From IMG/VR virus record IMGVR_UViG_3300020465_000013, positions 1,904 through 65,903 of that record: a stretch of 64,000 nucleotides of DNA. One strand, written 5' to 3'. The position numbers were made by a program, and so were the translations under genes. The stretch comes from a virus. Its lineage: Duplodnaviria; Caudoviricetes. Below the pieces are notes generated by a model. It was not told the origin of the DNA. It saw only the letters and a program-made list of their open reading frames with translations, and did no database searches. Within the stretch, counting starts at the first letter, position 1; the number at the start of each line of letters is the position of its first letter. This document shows, piece after piece, positions 29,285-38,677 of the stretch.

Positions 29285-30449
29285 TTTGTTTTAATTCTTC
29301 TGTCATTCCTTTATGCCAATATTTTAAGCCGGATAGAGCCCAAGGACCATATCTAAAACTTGCAGGATTAACGGCTTCAGCAATCTTTACTTCTTCTAAT
29401 GTTTTGCTTGAAATAAACTCAAATGCATCATGAAATAAAGGCTCATGTATTGATAGATCCTTTGCATACTTCCAAAACGGAGTGTCATATTTAGAACCAA
29501 ATTTATAGTGCCAAAGGATAAACGTTTCCACCTGTTTAATATGTTGCTTGATATCTATGGAAGCATGATGAGCAGCCCAACCTTTGTTGCCAATGAACTG
29601 ATATGAATACCTAGCCCATGTTTGATAAGTTGAAATAGATGTGGATTCCATTGGTTCTAAAAAGAACAAACGATTCCCATTAAGAATGATTCGATTATTG
29701 ATAACAGGTTTTTTAGCTACATAGTTCTTAAATGTCAAATGATCAGTGATTTTAACGTTAAAATTTTTGGTGAAATTTTTTTCAGCATCTCCCCGCGAGG
29801 TTATTTCCTTGTTATATAAATATCCAATAGACCTGTCATATGATGGTGATTCTTCATGAGTTGGAATAATAAATGTCCAACCATCCTCTGTTGCTATGTG
29901 TTTGGTATATGGATCATTTATTTTAGACTCAGGCTTACCTAAGACAACCGCATTAACAGGGTTAATCAATTCATCGTAATCGTCAAAATTTGAAGGTCTC
30001 CCCCTGCAGTCAATAACATAATCTGCGTCTACTTCATCTAAATTATTAATTGCTTTTTCAACAACTTTAAAAGTATTAGATGATAAAACATATCGTTGCA
30101 TTTCCGCAGGACAAAAATGTACTGCAATTTGATTACCAGGGAATGGATGAAATACTTCTTTATTAATCTTGCCCCAATCCTGATATAAGATTCCTAACTT
30201 AGGAGTGGCATGAATAGCATTGGAGTAATAATTAAATTCTTTCTCTAAAGCACTCCAAAGTAATTGAGGCTGTTGAGGAAATGTTGCTTGACCTACTTTT
30301 TCAGTCTCAGTATGAGGGTCATGAATCAGTTCAATTTCGTCAATTCCTCTACCATTGCCTCGCCACTTATCCATCTTGGATTGCCAAGAATACTCTAAAG
30401 CTGAAAAGCATCCTGCATTACCAGCCCCAACGATAGAAACTTTAGTCAT
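29277..30449 (-). CDS. Flavin-dependent tryptophan-halogenase-like protein
   Basis: IVGAGNAG FAD motif, IDCRG, GWTFIIP (WxWxIP-like), FLEPMESTS, DTPFW. Confidence 0.75.
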   Translation of the reverse strand: MTKVSIVGAGNAGCFSALEYSWQSKMDKWRGNGRGIDEIELIHDPHTETEKVGQATFPQQPQLLWSALEKEFNYYSNAIHATPKLGILYQDWGKINKEVFHPFPGNQIAVHFCPAEMQRYVLSSNTFKVVEKAINNLDEVDADYVIDCRGRPSNFDDYDELINPVNAVVLGKPESKINDPYTKHIATEDGWTFIIPTHEESPSYDRSIGYLYNKEITSRGDAEKNFTKNFNVKITDHLTFKNYVAKKPVINNRIILNGNRLFFLEPMESTSISTYQTWARYSYQFIGNKGWAAHHASIDIKQHIKQVETFILWHYKFGSKYDTPFWKYAKDLSIHEPLFHDAFEFISSKTLEEVKIAEAVNPASFRYGPWALSGLKYWHKGMTEELKQND

Positions 30450-30528
30450 CGACGTACCTTTTTAATAGTGAGATATAAATTGGAATACGCAGCAATTACC
30501 AATAAGATTAATAGAAAAGTATTAACTG

Positions 30529-30849
30529 TCATCTGCCATCTCCTTTGGTAAAGGCTTCTTCATCGGGGCCGGTGAACCTGTCGTCGGTTCCCCACCCATT
30601 TCTTTGGTATTCCATGAGGAAGAGGAGGCAGCATCCGGCATGGGCAAGGTGGGAGTATCCTGTCTCGGAATCATTATCCTCTCCTCTCCACCAGGCGAAG
30701 AGATGTCTGCAGAGTGCGGCAAAGTAACGCCCCCACTCAGTTCCCCTACACCAGTTATTAGAGCTATACTTTCGAGCACCGTAGCCGAGAACGTCAGCGA
30801 TGTCTCCAACAGCTTGCCAAGGGATGAGATCAAAACGAGTCTTTTCCAT
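30529..30849 (-). CDS. dATP/dGTP diphosphohydrolase-domain (DUF5664-like) protein
   Basis: KTRFDLIP...GARKY..NNW...RH..AW..GED.D.ETG.SHLAHA.C. Confidence 0.85.
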   Translation of the reverse strand: MEKTRFDLIPWQAVGDIADVLGYGARKYSSNNWCRGTEWGRYFAALCRHLFAWWRGEDNDSETGYSHLAHAGCCLLFLMEYQRNGWGTDDRFTGPDEEAFTKGDGR

Positions 30850-30900
30850 TTATAGTTCTATTTTGCCTAGGATAGAAAATGAAGCAAGTTCTAACAAGTT

Positions 30901-31191
30901 TTGAAAGGGAATTCGAGTTCTCCTTATAGATGGGGACCTAAAAGTAAATCAGGATTAGTACGTCAATACCTGGCTAAAGCTAGAAACTTTAACGCAAAGG
31001 CGCAACACTATGGTGGTAGTACTGGAGGAAGAAAAAGTATTGATCAAGGATCAGGAATATCCGTATTAAATAGACGTTCTGCAGAACAAGCAGCTAAGAA
31101 AAAAGTATTTGAGCAAGAGGTCAAGCCTTTCAGTGCAGGACAAGCTGCATGGGATGTTAAAAAAGAATTATATAAAGACTTAGGCACTTAG
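30901..31191 (+). CDS. Hypothetical basic protein
   Basis: ORF with TAGGAT upstream; start uncertain. Confidence 0.45.
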   Translation: MKGNSSSPYRWGPKSKSGLVRQYLAKARNFNAKAQHYGGSTGGRKSIDQGSGISVLNRRSAEQAAKKKVFEQEVKPFSAGQAAWDVKKELYKDLGT

Positions 31192-31619
31192 TTAATTGCT
31201 TGAGCCTCCACTAATCTTGAAGTGAGTTTACTTAACTGCAAACGATTACCTCTTCTCGTTTTGTTGTAATGCAGTAAGTCTTCAGCAGAAAAATCGGCAA
31301 CCATAAAACGACAAGTCTTACCTGAATTCCATCTATCGTCTGCATCTGTAGGATCCCACCATAGAACAAATTCAAAAGGAGGTTCCATTGTGCCTTTGTA
31401 TCCGGGTAATGATTGATGGAACTTATGAAGTCTCCCTGCTAATTCTGTGATGTTGGAAAAATTCTCTAGTGTTAATAATTTTCTCTGATCTTCATCTATA
31501 GGCAATGCATCTTTCCATGTAATCCATGAGTCGTAAACAATTGCCCTAATTGTGAGATAGGTCTTACCATCCGGCGCCTGGAATTTATCAGGCGGATTAT
31601 CGAATATTTGATTATCCAT
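31188..31619 (-). CDS. Hypothetical protein, possibly a highly degenerate M15A-like fold
   Basis: ITWKDAL...NITELAGRL...FVLWWDP...GK loosely parallels M15A proteins. Start taken at the MDNQ ATG. Confidence 0.4.
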   Translation of the reverse strand: MDNQIFDNPPDKFQAPDGKTYLTIRAIVYDSWITWKDALPIDEDQRKLLTLENFSNITELAGRLHKFHQSLPGYKGTMEPPFEFVLWWDPTDADDRWNSGKTCRFMVADFSAEDLLHYNKTRRGNRLQLSKLTSRLVEAQAIN

Positions 31620-31620
31620 G

Positions 31621-32331
31621 TCAAGAATGGAAGTCATATGCTTTACGACAGGTAATCTGATACGATTTTTCCCAATCGTTTTCGCCGCTATATTCGTTGA
31701 AAACAATCCGCCCCATTGAATGAAAAACATTATGGAAACGAGATAATCCTGTTTGAAATTGATCGTGTTGGACTGGCGGCAAATAAATAATTGCCGACCA
31801 ATCAGATGGAGAAACGCTTCTAAATGTATCTAACTCATCGTCATACCACATTGGACGTAGTCTTCTAAATGGGATGCAGATTGGAAAGTCCCAAATCCAA
31901 GGAGCACGAATCATTGCCTCGTTATGGGCAATCCAAATCACAGCGTGTTCTATATGACCTTTCCTATATTCCTTTAATGTTTTATTTAGCAGTCGTCGTG
32001 TTAGGGCTGCTCCTGTTGGTGCTCCTACGAACACTCTTTTAGAAGAACTATGAACATCATCTATATACCAATCTTTGCAGATAATATCTTCTAACGATTC
32101 TTCTTCTCGGTTGTAATAGCGAGATGCTCCAATCAACCGATTAAGATCAGGCGATGAATAAGGATCGAGATCAATAGAGCCTAGAACAGATTTAGCCCCG
32201 GAAACGACATCAGCTGGTGGTGCTAAGTCACACTTGTTTGGATGATGACGAATCTGATCGCTCATCCTTATAAGTTCTTCATTAATTTTGCAATTCTCCC
32301 TGCTGGATTTTCTCGAGGTAAAGTCGTGCAA
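31621..32331 (-). CDS. Phage N6-adenine MTase-like protein lacking the catalytic NPPY motif
   Basis: SIDLDPYS...N..IGA.RYY...W...VFVGAPT in place of VFxNPPY; C.PFRRL. Confidence 0.6.
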   Translation of the reverse strand: MHDFTSRKSSRENCKINEELIRMSDQIRHHPNKCDLAPPADVVSGAKSVLGSIDLDPYSSPDLNRLIGASRYYNREEESLEDIICKDWYIDDVHSSSKRVFVGAPTGAALTRRLLNKTLKEYRKGHIEHAVIWIAHNEAMIRAPWIWDFPICIPFRRLRPMWYDDELDTFRSVSPSDWSAIIYLPPVQHDQFQTGLSRFHNVFHSMGRIVFNEYSGENDWEKSYQITCRKAYDFHS

Positions 32332-32738
32332 GAAGCGCCTGATTTATCTATCAATATGAGACATATTTCTTCTTTAGGATTTGCACCTTTTATTGTTTTC
32401 AATGCATCCTTGCAAAACTCTACGACTGTTTCATCGTTATTTCTTTCCGCATCTTTTAAATCTTCTGACATCATAAATTCATTAACATAATTAGACCTGT
32501 CTGGGTGCCCTTTTTCAGCTATGAGATTTAAAATAATTGCCCCTGCTCCGAGATAACTATATGCAGTGTCATATCTATTCATCATGTCAGCCATGATCGC
32601 TTCGCAAATTCTTATATTTAATTCCTTAGAAGCTTCTTTATTACCTTCAGGAACTTTCTTGTCTATTAATTCTGGAAAAAACTTAACAAGAAATTCGGCT
32701 GGTTGAGGTCTCGCCACGAAAGTAAGTACGTTGAACAT
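32268..32738 (-). CDS. Hypothetical protein
   Basis: ORF in a minus-strand operon. Confidence 0.55.
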   Translation of the reverse strand: MFNVLTFVARPQPAEFLVKFFPELIDKKVPEGNKEASKELNIRICEAIMADMMNRYDTAYSYLGAGAIILNLIAEKGHPDRSNYVNEFMMSEDLKDAERNNDETVVEFCKDALKTIKGANPKEEICLILIDKSGASCTTLPRENPAGRIAKLMKNL

Positions 32739-32877
32739 CTATTAACAAAGAGTCGCAACGTTCTTCTGCGTCTTGAGCTAAAGGTATTAAGTGTTCGAAT
32801 CTTTTGTCTACAGATATCGAATCAACTAACTGACTGAGATAATCATGCAGTTCAGCAATGTCAATAACAATGTCCAT
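32683..32877 (-). CDS. Hypothetical small protein
   Basis: TGATG coupling with the ThyX-like gene. Confidence 0.5.
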   Translation of the reverse strand: MDIVIDIAELHDYLSQLVDSISVDKRFEHLIPLAQDAEERCDSLLIDVQRTYFRGETSTSRISC

Positions 32878-33647
32878 CAGACTCTTAATTCGGTTTTAGA
32901 ACGTTGGCTGTTAGACCACCATGCATACACTTCAGGAACCCAACTAGCAACATGATCAGCAATGAGATCTGTTAAGCTCTTTGTTTCATAAGACTTATTA
33001 GGTCTAGAACAGCTATCGAGTAAACGTAGCCATGCACGAAGACTACCTGAAGCTGTAACATTCTGCAACATACACATTGTTAATAACTGCTGTGCTTGCA
33101 CTGAACTAGCGCCTGCTTCTCGTTGGCAGTCGTAGTCAATAGCGGAAGAATAAGCAGAAGCGAGTTGGTTTTGCTCGTCTTCTTGACTCCAAGGATGTCT
33201 ATTGCCTGTGTAGTCTGGGTAATTTCCGGGAGTTCGAGAGTGGAAAAGTTTTTCTAGAGGATAATCTTTTTCTTTCACACATAGCCTTGTATTTTCTGCC
33301 GCCTCGTACAAAGGTTGCAGACTAAATGTAATGTCTCTTCTTTCGGTGCATAGCTCGTGCAACGTACTATGGTCTGCTCTTATATATAGAGATAAATAAG
33401 GATGTTCTAGAGAAGAAAAAGATCCCCAAGACGGATGCGTTTGACTGGTATGACGAAAATGGCTCGTCAACAGATTGCCACAAGTATCTTCTGCAAAAGC
33501 ATTTTCCTGTACATCTTTTTCTTGTTCTATATCGTTTATAAAATCCCCATGTTTATTCATATATAAGGCTGTATACATCAAACGTTGAGGCATCTCTGTG
33601 CCTGCAATTTTCTTCACCTCGTAGGCTTGTATGGCTGACTTGGTCAA
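32877..33647 (-). CDS. ThyX-fold protein with degenerate active site
   Basis: SSLEHP, and SLRAW..LLD...ETK.L...W.PE..W resemble ThyX; the R(T)HR-x7-SxR signature reads TERR-DITFSLQPLY. Confidence 0.65.
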   Translation of the reverse strand: MTKSAIQAYEVKKIAGTEMPQRLMYTALYMNKHGDFINDIEQEKDVQENAFAEDTCGNLLTSHFRHTSQTHPSWGSFSSLEHPYLSLYIRADHSTLHELCTERRDITFSLQPLYEAAENTRLCVKEKDYPLEKLFHSRTPGNYPDYTGNRHPWSQEDEQNQLASAYSSAIDYDCQREAGASSVQAQQLLTMCMLQNVTASGSLRAWLRLLDSCSRPNKSYETKSLTDLIADHVASWVPEVYAWWSNSQRSKTELRV

Positions 33648-33728
33648 AATACTCAGTATCTCTTGGCAAAGAGTATCACCATGCCGTCCTTAATCAAGGG
33701 ATGTGGAGATTTCCTTTGTTAAGTTTTA

Positions 33729-34532
33729 TTAATCGTCGTCGTTGCCGTACACTTTGCCGTGGAAGTAATCAAACATTTCTTTGGGATCCATGTAGTCAGG
33801 AATGTTTAATTTATTACCAATAACATTACCATCATCATCACGCTGGTATGTTCTACCTTGGTGGTAATTTAGTGCTGCGCCAGTCTCTAATACTCCCCTG
33901 TCTATATATGCCTTGTTCTGAGGCAAGCCATACATATAAAAACGATCGGTCATACGATTACCTGCACTTGCTGCAGCATCTATACCGTCGTTAACTTCGT
34001 ACTCAGGAAGAGTAGGAGAAAAATGCTTCCAATCAATATCTCGCCAATCAGGGCCAGAAGGAGAGGGTGATGGCGAAGGCGAAGGAGAAGGAGATGGAGA
34101 AGGAGAAGGGGATGGAGATGGAGAAGAATTATATGTTTTCCATTCGTCTGAACGCCTTATATTTGCTAAGACATCACCTCTGGTTGCTCCTCCTTTTAAA
34201 TCGTTCATCCAATAGGAACGTCCTTCATTTTTTAATCCTCGGCCTAATTCACTTTGATAAGTATCTTGAAGCCACTTTTCGTCGCTTAACCCTATATCTC
34301 TTTCTATATCTGCTTTTGAAGTTCCGCCACGAAACGCATCACCCCAGTAATTAAGACCTTCTTCTCCGACATCTCTTCCAAGATCTCTCTGATAGACGCT
34401 ACGTAACCAAGAACTTGTTTCAGGATCTTTTTTCCATGCGTCTGATCTTTCTATTGCGGATTGTTGGTTACTTAATACACCTGAAGCAGCCTTCGATATC
34501 GCGTTACTTAATATTCCAGGAGAAAACAACAT
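33729..34532 (-). CDS. DUF4214-repeat protein with Pro-Ser linker
   Basis: Two Y...LGR....G..YW units, and (SP)n near 34063-34127. Confidence 0.7.
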   Translation of the reverse strand: MLFSPGILSNAISKAASGVLSNQQSAIERSDAWKKDPETSSWLRSVYQRDLGRDVGEEGLNYWGDAFRGGTSKADIERDIGLSDEKWLQDTYQSELGRGLKNEGRSYWMNDLKGGATRGDVLANIRRSDEWKTYNSSPSPSPSPSPSPSPSPSPSPSPSGPDWRDIDWKHFSPTLPEYEVNDGIDAAASAGNRMTDRFYMYGLPQNKAYIDRGVLETGAALNYHQGRTYQRDDDGNVIGNKLNIPDYMDPKEMFDYFHGKVYGNDDD

Positions 34533-34571
34533 GTGGACTCTACTAATTACCTAGTCTTTATTTTAAACGAG

Positions 34572-34859
34572 TTATTTATTTAACTCTGCATAAATAGAAT
34601 CCTTGCTTACGCACATCTGAGTCTTATGGACATAGAAGCCACCTTTTTGAGCGCAAGCATATTCAGGAGAAAGCATAATATTGCTTAATACTTCTGTCTT
34701 AGTTGCTCCTTCTTTTAAATCATTAAGCCAATATTCAAGACCTTCTACACATACGTCTCTTCCAAGATGCTTGGTATACATTGCTTGTAACCATTTTGCA
34801 TTATCAGGATCTTTCTCCCAAGCGATGGTGCGAGCGTCTTTTTCTGTAGCAGTAGTCAT
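34572..34859 (-). CDS. Single-DUF4214 protein
   Basis: MYTKHLGRDVCVEGLEYWLNDLKEGATKTEVLSNIMLSPEY. Confidence 0.7.
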   Translation of the reverse strand: MTTATEKDARTIAWEKDPDNAKWLQAMYTKHLGRDVCVEGLEYWLNDLKEGATKTEVLSNIMLSPEYACAQKGGFYVHKTQMCVSKDSIYAELNK

Positions 34860-34901
34860 AACATTATTTCAATGTGTTACAAGACTAGCTCAGAAACTTG
34901 A

Positions 34902-35738
34902 CTATGAGAGAAATGAATCGGAATCGTCCCACATCGAGGCTATTAAACTATTAGCTAATTTGCTGCTTTGTGTTGGCTTATTATCTAAAAAATCAACGAA
35001 TCGTCCAGATTTATAGCGGTTGCCATATTGCGTAGAAGTGACAAAAGGAATTGAACCCATTTGTTCTGCTGGGGTTAAATCAAGACCTAATCTCCTGCCT
35101 GAAGGATCCCAATCATCTTCAAATCCGCCTCCTCCAACCTTGGGCTCAGGAATAGTTGTACTAGGAGTAGGATCTGGATTTCCCGGTAGAGTTCCCCCTG
35201 GAGGAACTACTGGGTCTGGGTTGAATGGATCTGGGTCTACTGGATCTGGATCTACTGGATCTGGATCTACTGGATCTGGATCCGTGGCAGCAGCGCCTCC
35301 TTTATATCTGAAAACATTCCAATGATCATCATCATCTTCTGAAATTGATCTTTCCCATGTATATTTATCCTTGTCTTGCATGTCAGGAGCAAATCGCCCT
35401 GCTTCAATTTTTGCCATAATATCATTGCCGTCATAAGCAAGATCATGTCTATCTAGTGTGTTTTGGTTAACCTTAAAACCTTTATCGACTGCTGCTTTAG
35501 CTACAGCATGTGCAACTGAATCTTGGTTATATGCATACTTACCCCAAGGACCACGGTCGGTGTAAATTTTTTCATATTCTGCTTGTGTTAATTCACCATC
35601 ATCTCCCGCGTATTTCACGATTGAGTCGTAAAGATGTTTATTTTTCTCAGTTAAACCTTTATCTCTAGGAGCATCAAATCTTGTTCCGGAATATCCTTGA
35701 CTACGCAAGAAAGCTTCATTATCTTTCGCAAATGACAT
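34902..35738 (-). CDS. Hypothetical protein with (DPDPV)n linker and an EF-hand-like loop
   Basis: 15-bp tandem repeats near 35209-35283; GDDGELTQAEY. Confidence 0.6.
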   Translation of the reverse strand: MSFAKDNEAFLRSQGYSGTRFDAPRDKGLTEKNKHLYDSIVKYAGDDGELTQAEYEKIYTDRGPWGKYAYNQDSVAHAVAKAAVDKGFKVNQNTLDRHDLAYDGNDIMAKIEAGRFAPDMQDKDKYTWERSISEDDDDHWNVFRYKGGAAATDPDPVDPDPVDPDPVDPDPFNPDPVVPPGGTLPGNPDPTPSTTIPEPKVGGGGFEDDWDPSGRRLGLDLTPAEQMGSIPFVTSTQYGNRYKSGRFVDFLDNKPTQSSKLANSLIASMWDDSDSFLS

Positions 35739-35783
35739 CTGTTGAATCTGATTAGTAATAGTTTTATCTTAGTTGGTATAAGA

Positions 35784-36452
35784 TCATTGTTTTTCTTTGA
35801 CAGCTGTAGGACTGAGAGGACCATTCGCTGCTAATCGGAAATCAATCCACATCCGATTTGCTGCTTGAATCTTCTTAAATCGTTTTGGATCTTTATCGTG
35901 AGTTGTTTCTAGAAATAATTGAGTCTCATGAGTCAACTTATTAGACGAGAATTCTAAATCAACTGTTTGTAGGTGACGGTTATGAAAGAAATGTGGAACT
36001 CCTTTCACCCTTAGATGTAATGGGTTACAGCAATTATTATCACCACAAACTGCTTTGATAGGTAGTCTTCCTATATCTCCCCAAGTAAACCATGCTGCAA
36101 CTCTAGGGGCAGAGTACTGCCTGCCTGAACCCCAATGTCTTGGCATGGGGAAGTAACTAGAGTTTGACCTGGAATGGAATTTACCTCTCCATGGCCAACA
36201 TTCTTCTGGGCCTCTTATCTCTACAAACGACCAGAACTCTAGAAATCTACGTCTATATTTTCTTTCAATCTTATGAACATCTAGAGATAGTCTACCTTCC
36301 GTAAGAGAACTAATACACCTAACACAAGCATGACTGTCTGTGTAGCGAGGTATTAATCCATCCTTAGAACCGATGGAATGTTCACAGTGAAAACATATAG
36401 GACCTCCTTCTGTTTTGGAATGTAACTTAGGAGGGATGGCCCATTGAGACAT
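35784..36452 (-). CDS. HNH/His-Cys-box endonuclease-like protein
   Basis: FWS.V.....ECWPW.G, CGDNNCCNPLHL, and N-terminal CxxC pairs. Confidence 0.7.
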   Translation of the reverse strand: MSQWAIPPKLHSKTEGGPICFHCEHSIGSKDGLIPRYTDSHACVRCISSLTEGRLSLDVHKIERKYRRRFLEFWSFVEIRGPEECWPWRGKFHSRSNSSYFPMPRHWGSGRQYSAPRVAAWFTWGDIGRLPIKAVCGDNNCCNPLHLRVKGVPHFFHNRHLQTVDLEFSSNKLTHETQLFLETTHDKDPKRFKKIQAANRMWIDFRLAANGPLSPTAVKEKQ

Positions 36453-36679
36453 TACTTTAAATAAAGAGGAAAACCGGTGGGTGGTTTAAACTTACCGCCT
36501 AATTTAACTAATTGCTGTGCAAGAGGTTTTAATTTGATCTGCATTTCAGGCCATAACTCCCGACGAGTACTACCTTCTATAGCCACTGGAACTAATTTAT
36601 TTGTAGGACTGCTAATAACAAATCCGTTTCGGCCATCATTAATATTCTTAACTCGATGCCCTATTTTGAGGTCTTTCAT
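36452..36679 (-). CDS. Small SH3/KOW-like protein
   Basis: IGHRVK....GRNGFV; TAATG coupling. Confidence 0.5.
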   Translation of the reverse strand: MKDLKIGHRVKNINDGRNGFVISSPTNKLVPVAIEGSTRRELWPEMQIKLKPLAQQLVKLGGKFKPPTGFPLYLK

Positions 36680-36718
36680 GGTATAAGACGAATCTACATA
36701 CCCGCTACAGTAGCTTAA

Positions 36719-37210
36719 TTATTCTTCTGTATCGTCTATTTCTCCATCGAAGGGGATACGATGTACTGCTATACCTGCTTCTACACACATTTCTCTGGCT
36801 TTATCAAATGATTCTTGCCATCGATAAGGTTCTACAAAATCAGGAACAATAATCTGAGCAATATCTGCTTGAATCAATACTGCAGCACATTGACTGCAAG
36901 TCATCAAAGGCCAAACATACATGGTTGCACCTGCTAAACAAACTCCATTTCGTGCTGCAAATGAAACACAATTCATCTCTGCATGCACTGTCATAGCAAG
37001 GCGAGTGTCTCTATTTTTTAACCTAGAGTCTGAGTCGGTGATTCCACTCGGTAGTCCGTTATAACCTTGTACTAAAATACGTCTATCTCTAACAGCAACT
37101 GCTCCGACCTTAGTACTAGGATCTTTTGACCACCCTGCAAACATCCTTGCAGCATGTAGGAATCTCTGATCCCAGTTCTTTGGAGTTCGTGGTGCTTTAA
37201 GAGATGTCAT
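36719..37210 (-). CDS. dCMP deaminase
   Basis: SKDPSTKVGAV, GYNG.P.G, HAEMN, TCSQC. Confidence 0.92.
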   Translation of the reverse strand: MTSLKAPRTPKNWDQRFLHAARMFAGWSKDPSTKVGAVAVRDRRILVQGYNGLPSGITDSDSRLKNRDTRLAMTVHAEMNCVSFAARNGVCLAGATMYVWPLMTCSQCAAVLIQADIAQIIVPDFVEPYRWQESFDKAREMCVEAGIAVHRIPFDGEIDDTEE

Positions 37211-37238
37211 AGAATATAAATGTAAGAGGATTTAACCC

Positions 37239-37454
37239 TTGCTAGAAGTTACTGCTGTTATTGGATTGGCTGGTGCAAGTGCTTTGTGGCGCATGGCATT
37301 CACTCAAGGAAGTATGAAGAGGGGAATGGAAGCTATTCTTCACGAAGTACAACTTTTAAGAAGCGATGTAGGTAAAGATATAGTAAGTTTAAAGGAAGAT
37401 GTCCAGGATCATGAAATGAGAATTCGACAATTAGAAAATCCCAAACGCAGGTGA
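37239..37454 (+). CDS. Small TM plus coiled-coil protein
   Basis: N-terminal hydrophobic helix; DHEMRIRQLE. Confidence 0.55.
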   Translation: MLEVTAVIGLAGASALWRMAFTQGSMKRGMEAILHEVQLLRSDVGKDIVSLKEDVQDHEMRIRQLENPKRR

Positions 37455-37457
37455 ACT

Positions 37458-37670
37458 GTGGACTGGGACGCAGAACTTAAAACCGAACAATGTGAAAGTA
37501 TGCTCACTGTTTACCAAGATCACATTGAAGAATTACAAAAAGAAATCAAAGAGAAAGAAGGGCATATTGAATTCCTAGAACAGCAATTAGAGTATAAAAC
37601 CATGGGTCCTCCTGACGCAGAAGCTGTTGATACTCAGACTTTTCTTACTATTGGCCGCGCCCAACTGTAA
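37458..37670 (+). CDS. Small coiled-coil protein
   Basis: Heptad pattern. Confidence 0.5.
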   Translation: MDWDAELKTEQCESMLTVYQDHIEELQKEIKEKEGHIEFLEQQLEYKTMGPPDAEAVDTQTFLTIGRAQL

Positions 37671-37718
37671 TATCAGTGCCTGATCCTATTATGATGAATC
37701 AGGTTTTTGTCAGGGTTT

Positions 37719-38369
37719 ATGCAAGTTCAATTTGTCACACCTAATACTCTTGGTGGTTGGTTGCAAGTGAATTTGGGTAAGACAGAAATGGATTACTTGT
37801 GGACAAGAATTAAAGCAGCTGAAGAAAGAGAAGAGGATGTACGAAGTACTCTTGCAGGTCAGATCAGTGCAAGTTTAGCTTTAGATGATACAGATAATTA
37901 CTTTCAAAATAATATTCTTCAACCCTTGGCAAAGGAATATTTAGACCAACAACCTTTTTTAATGGATAACATGAGGGGTAATCGTATGTCATCGGAAACG
38001 AAAGACAGAGACACATTCGATATACTATTAGATCAATGGTGGGTTAATAAACAAAAACAAGGTGAATATAATCCGATACATGCTCACTCAGGTTTATTCT
38101 CTTTCGTTATTTGGATGCATGAAGCTGCTGAACATGATGAACAAAACAAACAGGAGAATGCTCAAATGTCCGGTGGTCCTTGTCATCATCAATTTGTTTT
38201 TCATTATCCAAGCATGCTCAATGAACCGAAATACAGCGTATACCGTTTAGGAAAAGAATTGGAAGGGACTATGTTGTTTTTTCCTGCGCGGCTATTTCAT
38301 AGCGTGACTCCTTTTTTCAATAATGATGGTATTCGTATTAGTATCGCTGGGAATATGGGAGTCAAATAA
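37719..38369 (+). CDS. 2OG-Fe(II) oxygenase-like protein
   Basis: WVNKQ..GEYNPIH.HSGLFSFVIW...FFPA.L.H.V.PF....RISIAGN. Confidence 0.85.
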   Translation: MQVQFVTPNTLGGWLQVNLGKTEMDYLWTRIKAAEEREEDVRSTLAGQISASLALDDTDNYFQNNILQPLAKEYLDQQPFLMDNMRGNRMSSETKDRDTFDILLDQWWVNKQKQGEYNPIHAHSGLFSFVIWMHEAAEHDEQNKQENAQMSGGPCHHQFVFHYPSMLNEPKYSVYRLGKELEGTMLFFPARLFHSVTPFFNNDGIRISIAGNMGVK

Positions 38370-38374
38370 GCGAA

Positions 38375-38677
38375 CTATTGCCCGCAACCAGCGCTAACAT
38401 CAGCGCCTGAACCTATTTCTTCTTCCTCTAGTCGACCTGGCCTCCATCCACTTTGCCAAATACTTTTAGATTTCTCATGGAGATCATCGGAAGTTTTGTC
38501 CCACTTATGAAGCGCCATGATAATACTATTTCGAAGAGCTTCACTATTAGGTACGCCGCTATAACGAATGAGGAGTCGAGATGCATTGGTGATATCGTCA
38601 TTAGTTAGATCATCTAGCTCTTTAGAAGCTAATCTATCTGCAATCTCTTTATCTGTCTCGTAAAGTGGACTAGGCAT
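38375..38677 (-). CDS. Cyanobacterial DUF3288-like small protein
   Basis: PLY.TD.....L.......RL.IRY.G.P....L......W....L....IW. Confidence 0.5.
   Translation of the reverse strand: MPSPLYETDKEIADRLASKELDDLTNDDITNASRLLIRYSGVPNSEALRNSIIMALHKWDKTSDDLHEKSKSIWQSGWRPGRLEEEEIGSGADVSAGCGQ

Noticed and set aside
30529-30849. Z-base (2-aminoadenine) genome pathway
   Set aside because: The DUF5664-like domain alone is insufficient; no purZ or datZ was recognised in the window.
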